Source: Tricharina praecox
Lineage: Eukaryota
Assembly (NCBI RefSeq): GCF_024521635.1
Contig: NW_026250407.1
Span: 1,674,001-1,709,495, forward strand
Reading direction: 5' to 3'
Length of the DNA: 35,495 nt
The notes beneath the pieces are model-generated. The model was given only the letters and a program-made list of their open reading frames with translations. It ran no database searches and was not told the DNA's origin. Of this stretch, positions 10,949-22,194 are shown in pieces; position 1 is the stretch's first letter, and each line of letters begins with the position of its first letter. Made by a program: the position numbers and the translations under genes.

Positions 10949-12705
10949 GTTTCCCGCTGGTCGAACTGCAATCTGGGAGGAAAGATCCGTAGGTCGACGG
11001 CTTTCGGGGGTGATATCGACAGAGATTTATGGACTGAATCCCACCACGCGGCGGTAACATCGTATTTATAGGAGCCGTAAGCGCTTCCTGGCCCCTTCTC
11101 CCCTGCAGGACTCGGGTAGACACGCAACTGCTTCACTTAAGCCGGCTAGTATCGGGCGCAGAAGCTCGCTTGTACAGGCGCAGAGGCTCGCTTCCATATG
11201 CGCTCATGTTTGCAAACGCCACATACCGACGCGGCAGGCACGAGAGGTGTATGTATATCAACAGGTGTTCCGCCCGTGCGGCCCGTTGCCGGCCCTGAGC
11301 TAATGCAGTGGGTGCATCGTTGCAACTGCCGCCACGAACGACATCTGCAGATCCCAGGGACGCGCGGGGGAAACAGGCTCAGCGGGGTATTCAGTCTCTG
11401 GATGGTCGTGCGGTGGCCGCTCCTTAAAGGCTCATAGGTAGATTGACCAGCGAGTACGTGGCTTCCCGAACGGTTAATAACCCTGGCTAATCCCTCTTCC
11501 GCAGGCATCGCGACAACGTTTCACTCCACACAGGCATCCACTCCTGCTATCAGGTCAGATTTCGCACGTGCTGGAGCACACATAATCCATGCCGGGTTGT
11601 TGCGACGCCAAGCAGACATTACCAAGTTGGAAACCGTGAAAATACCAAGCTTCAATCGGCCGGACAGGCAGTTGGGCCACTTGTATCTGCAGGAATTAAG
11701 CTGTAGCGATCCACCGACTGGAGAAACCAGCGCTCGACACAATAACCTTCATCATCCGCGGGCAGCGTCGGTTCGGCGGATGAATTGGCATGGGCGGTGC
11801 TCACATGCGGTAACTTTCGGACCTGCGGCCACTCGCATGTGGGGGTCACCACCTGTAGGCACCTCCACCGCCGCCGCAATCTCGAGGGCGTTACTGTGCC
11901 GCGTCCCTACAGAAGTCAGGTATGGAAGATTTCGTGAATCTGTAGGGGGACTTGCGTGCGGAAGGTGTTTAAAAAACTGCTCGCTCCACATCAGGTTCCA
12001 GCTGGACGCCGAGCCGAGATTCTGGCAAACGACGAGGGCGATATATGCGGGCTCAGGCGATGTGGCCGGTGATGGCATTCGGCGATGGGAAGCGGATTCC
12101 AAAGCAAGAATGGACGAACGGTGCTGCGGTGTTGGGATTGCGTGTCCGGGCGAAGAGGAGCGGTGGACGGTGTATGATATGTACGATCGCTCAAGGATGA
12201 CTGGTACGGGCTAAGGCTGATGGAGCATGTGACGAGGCTGATGGCAATCGGGCCAACCCCACGAACCAGGCTGTTTCGGTCAGCGCAACCTTGCGTTACG
12301 TCACAGAAAGCTACATGGTATGTAGTTCCCGCAGATACTACGATAGCGAGGAGTGATATCTCACCACGATTCAGATTTTACCAAGATTCAATTTGAATGA
12401 GAGCGATAGTATGTTCTCTTTGATACACCTCCATATCCACTCGTCCCGCCGGTCTTCTCATACGTTCCCCTTCTACTATGCAAACTCCAAACTCCAAAAA
12501 AATCGCCTCGTTATATCAATACCGCCATCTCACCGGCGACTCGTTGTTTCTTCCTTCTCAGACTCAACTCAGACAACTATCGACTGGTCAACCCCTATGG
12601 AAATATCAGACTCCGTTAGAAAATAGCAATCAAGTAAGATCGCATCACCGACTGCAAAAGTAAAACCGTAACCGCTCGAAGGAAGATGGAACTCACGTTA
12701 CGACA

Positions 12706-13956
12706 CTAGTATGAACGCCATGGTGTCCACATCACCATCCACGCCGGGGCCCATGTCTGCTTCCAACCTGGCATCCACGCCGGCGTCCAGACCGGTGTCC
12801 AAGCCGGCATCCAAGCCGGCATCCAATGCGAAAGTGTATTATAAACGGACGCCATCGGACTTGCCTAAACCATCGTCAGCATGCTATCTCGACATACCGT
12901 CAACGCCTGAACTGACCATCGCCTGAAAGAATGGGTTCGCCTTGAGAGCGTTAGTATACACTTTCATCGAAACGGGGAATCGGTCTCAATGCTCACCATA
13001 GCTGGCATATAATTCGCTGCGGGATGTCGCTCCGGTGACATACGATAATCCGGTTCCATGCCTCCTACTGCCCAATGCGGTCCTCCTCGTCGCTGCTGCC
13101 GCATTGGGTAATCCGGGTCGACGCCCCCCATTGCCCAATTCGGTGCGTCTTGTCGCTGCGGTGGCATTGGGTAATCCGGTTCCATGCCTCCCATCCCACA
13201 ATGCGGTGCTTCTCGTCGCTGTGGTGGCATTGGTGGCATTAGGCACTCCGGTTCCATGCTCCCCACTGCCCAGTTCGGCCGTCGCTGCGGTGGCCCTTGG
13301 TAATCCGAGTCAACGCCACCCATTGGCCAATTCGGTGCCGCTCGTCGCTGCGGTGGTCTTGGGTAATCCGGGTCGACGCCATCCACGGCCCAATGCGGAG
13401 CCCCCCGTCGCTGCGGTGGCCTTTGGTATTCGTGGTCCACGCTCCCCTCTGCCGAATGATCCGGCGACCTGGGGTAATCCCGTTCCGCGGTTTTCCCAGC
13501 CCACATTTGCGTTTGCTTCTGGTGATGCGGCTGCTGCAGCTGGGGGTGCAGCTTGACGCCTCCGTCCGCAGCCTCCTGATTTTGCTGGAAGTCCGATTGC
13601 ACGATCTCCATGTCGCGATCCGGTGACTGCTGGCGGTCCGGATCCACGCGCACAACCGCCCACTCCTCCGACGGCTGTTCTTCCGGCCGGTAGCTAACCA
13701 TCGCCTGCTGGTCTTCCGGCCGGTAGCTAACCATCGCCTGCTGGTCTTCCGGCCGGAAGGTCACCATCGTCTGCTGATCCTCCGGCCTCAAGCTTACCAG
13801 CGACTGCTCTGATTCCTTCGTGTCCTGCGTGTCGACCAGTTCCTTGTGGGATTGCTGCTTCTCCGCCTGTCCTGGGTCTTCTTGTAGCGATGGGCACGAA
13901 TAGTGATACGGCTCTCCGCAAACGCTGCAGAAATTGGGAGTGTCTGAGGACGGCAT
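12706..13956 (-). CDS. Orphan repeat-rich protein (~380 aa, 3 exons): N-terminal CxxC-x4-H-x2-C motif, 11-aa and 21-aa tandem repeats, Trp-periodic C-terminal tail
   Basis: Exon 1 is 12997-13956 (ATG at 13956). Intron 12941-12996 (GTGAGC...TACTAAC...AAG). Exon 2 is 12917-12940 (ANPFFQAM). Intron 12865-12916 (GTCAGT...GCTGAC...TAG). Exon 3 is 12706-12864 (ASPMASVYNTLSHWMPAWMPAWTPVWTPAWMPGWKQTWAPAWMVMWTPWRSY*). All junctions are phase 0 and in frame. Confidence 0.75.
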
Positions 13957-16900
13957 GTTGCGATACGTATTGTTGACGGGTGTCTTTGCTCGTGGCGGAG
14001 GGGACGAGGTCGAGTGCAATTCGGTGATGTTGCTTGCTCGTTCGTGTGCTTCGGTGGGCGGTGGGTGGCTATCGATACGGGTGTCGACTTCGCTGCTCGA
14101 AGGATACGTTGTCGGTGATATTTGTTGCTCAACGACAGCGGGAAGTCATCGACGGCCACCCGCCATAGTCGTAAAAGCGGAATGCGGGGACGGGGTGACG
14201 CGATTGCCTGTTGTCCGGCGGCGACACTAAGACACCCCTGCCGCAGCTCAGCAACCCCGCTGAGCCACGAAGTGCAGCTAGCGATCACTCGCCACGTGGT
14301 GGGGATGCGGGGAAGAAATCGTTAATTAGTTGGCACCAGCCCAGGCGGGAAGGAAAGCTGGCGAACTCCATTCAACCATTGGAACCAGCGTCGTCTGCTA
14401 GTAATTAGGCCAACCTGCCCAGCGCGCACTTATGCGTGACCTCCTCTCTGTTTGCTTCATCTCGATAACGACCACCAACACCACCAGTCAGTCCACACCA
14501 TCCTGCTTTGCTCCTTTTCTTTTCTCGCGAATCGAGAACGGCTCCGTACTAGTATGCACTTACGAGTTGTCGTTATCGATTAATTCATGGGGTTGGTGAA
14601 ATGGAATTATTATTTTTCATTTCTCGACAGGATCTAATGCAGTTAGCTGACGACTCCGCAGAAAAGGGCCCATTGAAATACCTATCTGCAGTGGCAGAAC
14701 CACGTAAGTTGCCTCGACCTACGACCAGCCAACGGTGCAACATCGCATTCTCGGGCGCTGCTGATCCGGCAGCATCCAGCTCTAACAGCCCACAGAACAG
14801 TCACGATTGGATCGTGACAGCACACAGAGCATATATCATCGAGATGCCTAGCAAGTAGGTGCCTATTCCGTCGTTCGTACGGCGCTTCGATCCGCGAATG
14901 GGACATCCGATGCGGTCCAGGCCAACTCGATAACTGGTCCGGGTAGCGAAAAGGGTGAACAGGCCAACGAAGCCAAAGGACGCTGCACCCACTAGCCTCT
15001 TTTTTTCCCCACCCATCGCAATTATCGCGGGGTCGCCACCACCACCACCCAACACCATCACCGTCGACTGAACTCTCGCGAGAGAGAGATAGAGAGAGAC
15101 CGCAATCTATCGGAAACACGACGCGGCCGAAATATCTCGCCGTCAGCGATTCACGGGCGCAATGCAATGTTCCGTTTTCGGGCGGCGGACCGACATGGTA
15201 GCAAACCGGCGCCGACAACGAACCCCGTGCTGGTCGAGCGCGTGCTACCGACCGGTATTTCTTGATCGACGGACGCGATTGAGTAGATTAACTGCGAGGA
15301 GCGTGAACGGTGACCTCTTGTCGCGTTTTTTTTGGGACGCGTACCCGTACGTACCTAGTGGAAAACACAAAGACGGGATGAGACAAAAAGCGTGATCAAT
15401 TGAAAGTGAGGTCTATGATGATGATGAACAGAAGAAAGCAAGACGGAAAGACAGAACAGAACAGAAACAGATCCAATCTACCAGCCTGATGCTCACGCCT
15501 ACCTTTATTTGTGCTCCTGCCTTGGCCCTTTCACGAACCCGTATCTCGGCTACGTCCTCAGCCTTGCCTGCCGTGACGATAATTGAGTATCCGATACGAG
15601 ACGTACTCCCGGTGGAATGACGACGGAATAACATGTAAGTAAATGATGTACTACCAGCTAACAGCAAGAAAGCTCAACAACCAGCTATCGGCGTACGACC
15701 GCCTCCGAGGGCATACCGAGGTCTGGGACACTGCCAACACCACCCGCGCAAGCATACCAGTACCGGGACCTGCGGAGATTCCCACGCCGAGACCGCACCG
15801 CCCGTCGCCTCGGGGATAAGCGATTGCCGCACGGCTCAGCGGTTCAAGCTTCCGCTATCGGTTCTCTTCGGCGTAGTAGCGCATCCGGGTAGGCACGCTC
15901 GGAGGATGCGCAGGCGCAATCCTCCCCACCATGACGTCGCGGACTCGCCGTCCTGCGGGCGCTGTACAGTAGGTATCGGCAAGAATTCCATCGACGCGTT
16001 GCGAAACATGTGCTCTCCGGTACCCGTGCATGTGGTGATTCGGTGTCGGTTGCCCGCGCTCCGGCTCGCGGCGCCGGCGGGGGTTGTGGCTGCGAAAAGC
16101 AGGCTTTGGTCGTTTCGACGTTCGACGCTCGGAGCTCGGTGGAGAGAGCTTGTGTTGGTGAAGTTAGTGGGGTTGATGTCTGCGGCGGCGGCGCGATGAT
16201 GTTGCTTGGCGGTAGGGTGCGGTCTGCGGGGCGGGGTAAACTATCGTAGTGGCACACGGCTCGGCACGACCCAAGCCGCAACCCTGCACCGCCCCGGGTT
16301 TCGGGTTGTTCGTTATGTAGTTTCCCAACATAGCCGACGGAGAAACCGGCCAAAAATATGCGCAATAAATAGGATATACCGCACATATAGCCAACTATGT
16401 AAATCACATCGACGTGAATACTGGCGAGAAACCATATATGGATGACCGATGCCGGTTCGTAGGGGGATACTGGGATCTTGTCTAGCATCGCCGTATATAG
16501 ACCAATCTCTCTGCTTGTCACGAACATTGCATTCAGACATGAAAATAACACCAGATTACTCCCAATCGCCACTTCGCCGCCTAGCTTGCTTCCATCTGAT
16601 ATCGCGCCGTAGCTGACGAGAGGATCAAGCTCAGCCCCTGCCGTGGTACCGTAAGGCGGCGGTGGTCTTGTCGAACCATCTCTCCCCACAGCAACACATT
16701 CCAATATCTCCCTGCACCACCGCCGCCGCCGTATCTCTCACTCCGTTCCCACCCCCAATGCCTCGTCGAGTCCTCCGTTAAGTAACCTACATCGCGGCCT
16801 CGGTACCCATGCATGTTCTTCCCAAGCGCCGGACGGGCAACAATCCATGCGATCCGGCAACCCGAATGCACGCCATCCAACCCCATCTGTTCCGATTGCA

Positions 16901-16959
16901 CCCCATCCCCCTAAGCCCAGTCAGATATTTTCAGTCGATTCGCTTGTAGGGAGTTCACC

Positions 16960-19555
16960 TCAGCATGGAATCAAATCGAGATGAAATTGAAAAAAACAAA
17001 CCCGACCAGAGTTAGATGCAAGAGCAACAGTGTTGCTTTGGACAGAGAAGATTGCGGCCCGATAATCGTGCGGAAGCAAAAAAAACCTTTGCCCTCCGAA
17101 GTATATCCAATTATCACTTACGTGAAGCATCAACGGCAAGCTAGTGAAGGTTTGGTGGTTTGGGCCAACGGGATGTCTGCTCTGCGGGATTCCTGTATTT
17201 GCCGTATAGGAAAACTGGAAGGCATCCGTTGTGTCCGATAACTTTATATTTCCCACCTCAACATCCAAAAACGAAAAACGTCCGAGGAAATATTCACATT
17301 CAAGGATCTTGCTATCAGGCGGGAATGCGACTGCTCTGACCACGCTGGAATGGCCCTCAAAAGTGACACGAAATTTTCCTGTCGTTACATCCCAGAGCCG
17401 GACGATACCGCCACATGATGCCGATGCAAGAGTCTTGCCATCAGGCGAGAATGCGACTGCTCTGACCTCGCCGGAATGGCCCTCAGAGTGACACGAAATT
17501 TTCCTGTCGTTGCATCCCAGAGCCGGACGGTACTGTCACTTGATGCCGATGCAAGAGTCTTGCCATCAGGCGAGAATGCGACTGCTCTGACCTCGCCGGA
17601 ATGGCCCTCAGAGTGACACGAAATTTTCCTGTCGTTGCATCCCAGAGCCGGACGGTACTGTCACTTGATGCCGATGCAAGAGTCTTGCCATCGGGCGAGA
17701 ATGCGACTGCTGTGACCTCGCCGGAATGGCCCTCAAGTACCTGCAACTTCGTATCCCAATCCCTTGGCACTGCTGGTGTGCTCTTGATCCAGCGCGGGAT
17801 ACTCTCCCAAAATTGTTCCCTGACTCTGCTTCTCATGGGGCTCAATGGTAGAGCGGAAAAATGAACTTGAAGGGTGCAATCTCGGTGATCGATCGAAAGG
17901 TGAGTATGAATCGCACTGCGTCATGAACCATCGTACGTAAAGGATGACTGGCATCAGACTGCAACTCATTGTCAGCATGATTCTTAGTTTAAGGTGCAAA
18001 CCATCGGCCTTAAATGTACAGGGTATCACGTATTGAATGTTATTGTAGACAATCGTGCGGTCGGAAAATCTTGCTGCATTCTACGCAACGGGATGTGGTT
18101 GAGGGTAAAATTGGAAACACGGAATCCGGTTCGGATTTCTTACCGTACTCAACATTGAGTCAAATTCCTTTAACATGACAACACCGTCATGAATCTTCCC
18201 CATCAGGCTGAGAGCCTCGAACCAATGGAGCAAGTGTTTGTTGAGGAAAGCATGGACTCGGTCATGCAGTGGTTCGCCGTCACATAATTTGGCGTTGGTT
18301 CGCTGAAGATGGTCAATCCAATACCGGCAAGCGTACTGAGCCTCCAGGGGCAGGCAACCCAGTACTGCACCACTATCCAATTCGATTGCAAGGCTACCCG
18401 GGAGCTTCAGTGAACAGATATCCTCCTTCAGCGATGTTGACATGAGCTTGAGACAGCTCTCGGCAAGATCTTTATGGACGTCTTCCTTTGCTATGCTGAA
18501 CCGGAGGTCATTGCATCTACCGCTGTCCAGGAGATAGTCGCGGAAAGATGGGTGCAAGATTTCGATGGGGATGTCTTGGCTGTCGGAATAATCCAACACA
18601 GAACTCAGAGAATCCAATTTTCGCTCAACCTCCCCCGGTTTGGTATGTAAGAGTTGGTTGAGTGCGCTAGCAGGTAGGGCATCGAAGAGAACCACAATGG
18701 ACCGGACAATCCGCCTGAACCGTTGCAACAGCCTCTCTGTTCTTTTCGGATCGCGATCTTTTACTACGGCGTTTGTAAAAGCTTCGTGTACATCAAGTCA
18801 AGTTGTATTGTTGGCGATCCGTCCTCCATGCTGCCTTCCAGTACGAACGTGAGGCGCTCCGGCGGGTGACAGTCCACGTGACCAATGAATCGGCATACTG
18901 TTGCAGCATAGATGAATAGTCCGTCTGCCTTCTGAACGAGACGGTCCCGGATCGGTTTATCAGGCCACTCCGTAGGTAGGTAGTGGTGCCGTTTGCGGAT
19001 CGTGTCGAACTTGTTGTGAGAGAAATCGGTTATGTCGACATCGACTATCGAGTTGGGGATTTCATGAAGGATGAAGTCCCGATAAGATTTACCGATGGTG
19101 CCGAAACAATAGCGAATTGGGGTTTCCGGTCTGCTTGTTATAAACACGCGTAACCGCACGGGGGTCAGAGTATTTGACTGAGAAAGCAGTTGGATAATCA
19201 GTTCGGTATCGTCTTCGTCGTCGCACTCATCAAGCGCATCAATAACCAGAACCAACGACTGCAGCCCAGATGATTGAGAAAGCGGTTTCAGGATAAGATG
19301 TTTCAGTCGGTGAGTATGAGACAGAGTTTTGTCCCATCGCGGTACAGAACAGGTTCACGAACCAAAATTCACGGGAGCAAAGAAAGTTGGGTTCAGGAAA
19401 TCAAAGTGATCAGAGCCGATGTAGGTACGGGAGTTATCGGTGGTGTTGTGGCTGTTTGTCGTCGTATTCCCACGCAGGGTCGTGGAGTCATGGGCAGATA
19501 TTTCGTAGCTGTCGGAGGTATGACTGACGCTCCGGGTATGCGAGGGACCTCCCAA
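16960..19555 (-). pseudogene. NACHT-WD40 NLR (HNWD / HET-E-like vegetative incompatibility family), disrupted
   Basis: Walker B region LVLVIDALDEC, VFITSRPE, ADGLFIYAATVCRFI, LHPSFRDYL, YACRYWIDHL, HWFEALSLMG, then WD repeats [33 protein letters not shown] and the typical HNWD tail (VSDNWI...LLPHDYRA...LASNSGRV). No Walker A is found. There are 1-nt frameshifts near 18770, near 17872 and in two WD repeats. Confidence 0.88.
17347..17730 (-). repeat. Three near-identical WD40 DNA repeat units (125, 125 and 126 bp)
   Basis: The anchor GGAATGGCCCTC recurs at 17347, 17473, 17598 and 17723. Confidence 0.92.
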
Positions 19556-22194
19556 GACACCTGTCTCGATGTTGGAGTTATCTCGCTCTTCTGTTGGCTG
19601 TGTAGATCACCTTTAGCGACTATCCAGGGTTCGGGAAGGTAATGCTAACTGTGCCACTCGATCTGCTACCTTCCTGAAAGTTCTTCCGCTCATACGGTTG
19701 CCAGCGCGCGGACTCGTTCTTCCTTCTCAGTCGTCTCGGAGGATCCATCGGCCTAAGATAGGCTGGAGGTCGATAAATCAAGTCGAACTCAAACGTCAAG
19801 CGGTAGTGTATGGTTTAGAGAGTAAAGCAAAGATCGCAGAGGGTGTCGGGTACGAGCGTAAATCAGAGATCGCGGTGGGGGTCTGGGACAAGTTTTGGTG
19901 TATTGGCTGCGGGGGCGATCTGGCTGCGGGGGCGATCGTGGATATGTCCGTCAAGACGAAACGCGGTCGTGTTGGCTTCCGATTCGTTGGATTTGCGTCG
20001 CGGAAACGCATGGCAGTATCGCCCACCATCTGACCGCACTGCGCGAGCTGTTTGACTATGACCGAAGTTTACTCTTTTCCGCTAAAGTATTTGACCTCCC
20101 AGAGATCAGCACTTTTAGCTGATGATGAGAGTCAAGACCGACAAAGCTCGAGTCTTAACCCGCGCCTATTGCTTCAACTGGAGCTATAATGAGCCTGACT
20201 CCCAGGAACCCGAAAACTCGCGTCTGTAGAGGAGGCGCAACCCGAACCGACTCACGCTCCTCACTAGCCAATGCCGTGGTCTTTGAACGAATCGAACCCA
20301 GCCACCGCCCAATGAGGCACGTCGCGTCACTCCAGTCAGTACAGAAGTGCAGTCGGTGGGACGTCACCACGAGACAGCGGTGGAACATTCTCTCCTGATA
20401 CGTCACCAGCAATCTCATCGCAGGAACGGAACCCGACACCATCCAACCCCACATGAATACTTCACAACGACCTTGTCGGCAGCGATGGCTACCCGCCAGC
20501 AGTGAACATTCGTCCGAGCCATAGCTATAATGTAAACAATGCGATCGTCTGATCAGGCACGAGAATAATTCGAGAACTTAGCTTAGGTGTTCCGCAAAGT
20601 TTTTTGTGCCTGAGCCGTGCGATCCTCGAAGTTCCGGCGATCTCCGGGGATACTGCGCGAGGGTTGGTTGTTCGCCTCGACGGTGAATCACGACAGGTGG
20701 GCTGGAGATAAATGCATTTTTTCGTCCGATTCGTGTCTGCGGACTTTACGTGCTGGGATGGCGACAGAGCTTCACTACTACCCATGTGACCATTGAGTGG
20801 CTATCACTCGTTCAATAACTGCCCAAGGTGGAACAGCCTGCAGACGATGCTCTGAACAAGGCCCCGGAGAAGCGCAGGAAGCACCCAGACAGCTCGGACG
20901 AGGCACCGGACGAAGACTGCCGTACTACTTGTGGACGAGGGATGCAGTCCTGTAGTCCTGGATATCGTCACGGCAACCATTGTCGACAAGACAACAGACC
21001 CACTAGTGGCGGTAGTAGACGAAGGGGAAGTAGGCAGCGAGGCCCGAAATGGACGAATGGAGAGCGCGAACAATGGCTTGCGAAGACGGCCGAAGAAGCG
21101 GAAAGACTGGAAGGGGAGACAGTGGAGGCGACAAGATGTAGAATCAGCGAGGAAGGCCCGGTGTAATGATCCTTTCGCATCAGAAATCTGCAAGCAATTG
21201 CGAGCCGGTGTCTCGAACCTGCCGGCTCTGGGCGGCGGCCACTGCAGTTCGGCTCATCCGTAAAAGCGGTCATGATATCCTACATACGCACTACACGCGA
21301 TTAATCTCGCGCATAACGACGGTCTTCTAGGTGTGATTCATATTCAGGGTGTGCCTACGACCATGTGATGGCAACCGCATTGGCCAGGATCCGACTGATG
21401 ATTCACCAGTCGTCACTCGCGAAATTGGAGAAATGGTTTATGAAATAGTTCGACAAGTGGTGTGCGAGATTTGTTCGCCATAGCCTATTAAGGCTGCTTG
21501 CGAAGCGACTTGATGATCTCGCTCAATTTACTTTCGTGATGGTGGGGGGATGTGGCAGTTGCACGCAACGCAGTTGTCGGCCGTGTTCTCGGAGTGGAGA
21601 GTCTGGGTTTCGTCAGCACCGTGTAGAGGAAAAGCTTGTAATCGGGTTTACTGAGGGTGACCTCTCCGTGTTGTTTACTTCCCCTTGGAAAGACCAGTCA
21701 CCATTGTTGACGGAGAACGTGCACAAAAGCAAACTGGTGATCGCTGTCTCTGGGAAAGAAATGCCCTCATAATGGGTATCAAGTTTTATGGACGCTTATC
21801 AGTTGCGTTTCTACACGTCCAGCAAAGTGTCATCATCGATGCTACAGATATAGGAGTCAAGTCGACTTGTGGGTGAAAGATGGAACTGGAGTGTTGACGA
21901 ATCGGTTGCTACTTGGGGGTATCGCGACACCTCCCTCGGTAATAGCTATGGTCATCGCACGCCACAGCCGTAACCCCGTATGTACTTTCCGTAGTCCATG
22001 TTGTCACCAAAACCTCACCACGTGACCGCGAAGTTCCGGGCTCCCTTGAAACAAGGCTGAGACGCGGTTCGGGGAGGATCACCTGACCACCTAGTCCAAT
22101 GACTTTAAACAATTGCGCATCGGTGTAGAAAAAGCAGCAGATTAAATTTCCCTTCAAGACACGCAAGCAATATGGACCATATCACCAGCCTCGG

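Noticed and set aside
11597..12214. 205-aa plus-strand ORF
   Set aside because: Non-ATG start, random-like composition and no domain motif.
15844..16704. 286-aa minus-strand ORF with a hydrophobic middle
   Set aside because: Non-ATG start, heterogeneous composition, and no recognisable motif or intron structure.
20804..21273. Charged ORF fragments as a possible NLR effector or LINE ORF1
   Set aside because: No HeLo, SesB, gasdermin or zinc-knuckle motif is visible; too short to call.
21600..21890. Protein-like minus-strand stretch (HYEGISFPETAITSLLLCTFSVNNGDWSFQGEVNN)
   Set aside because: Possibly a gene relic, but interrupted by stops and not assignable without a search.
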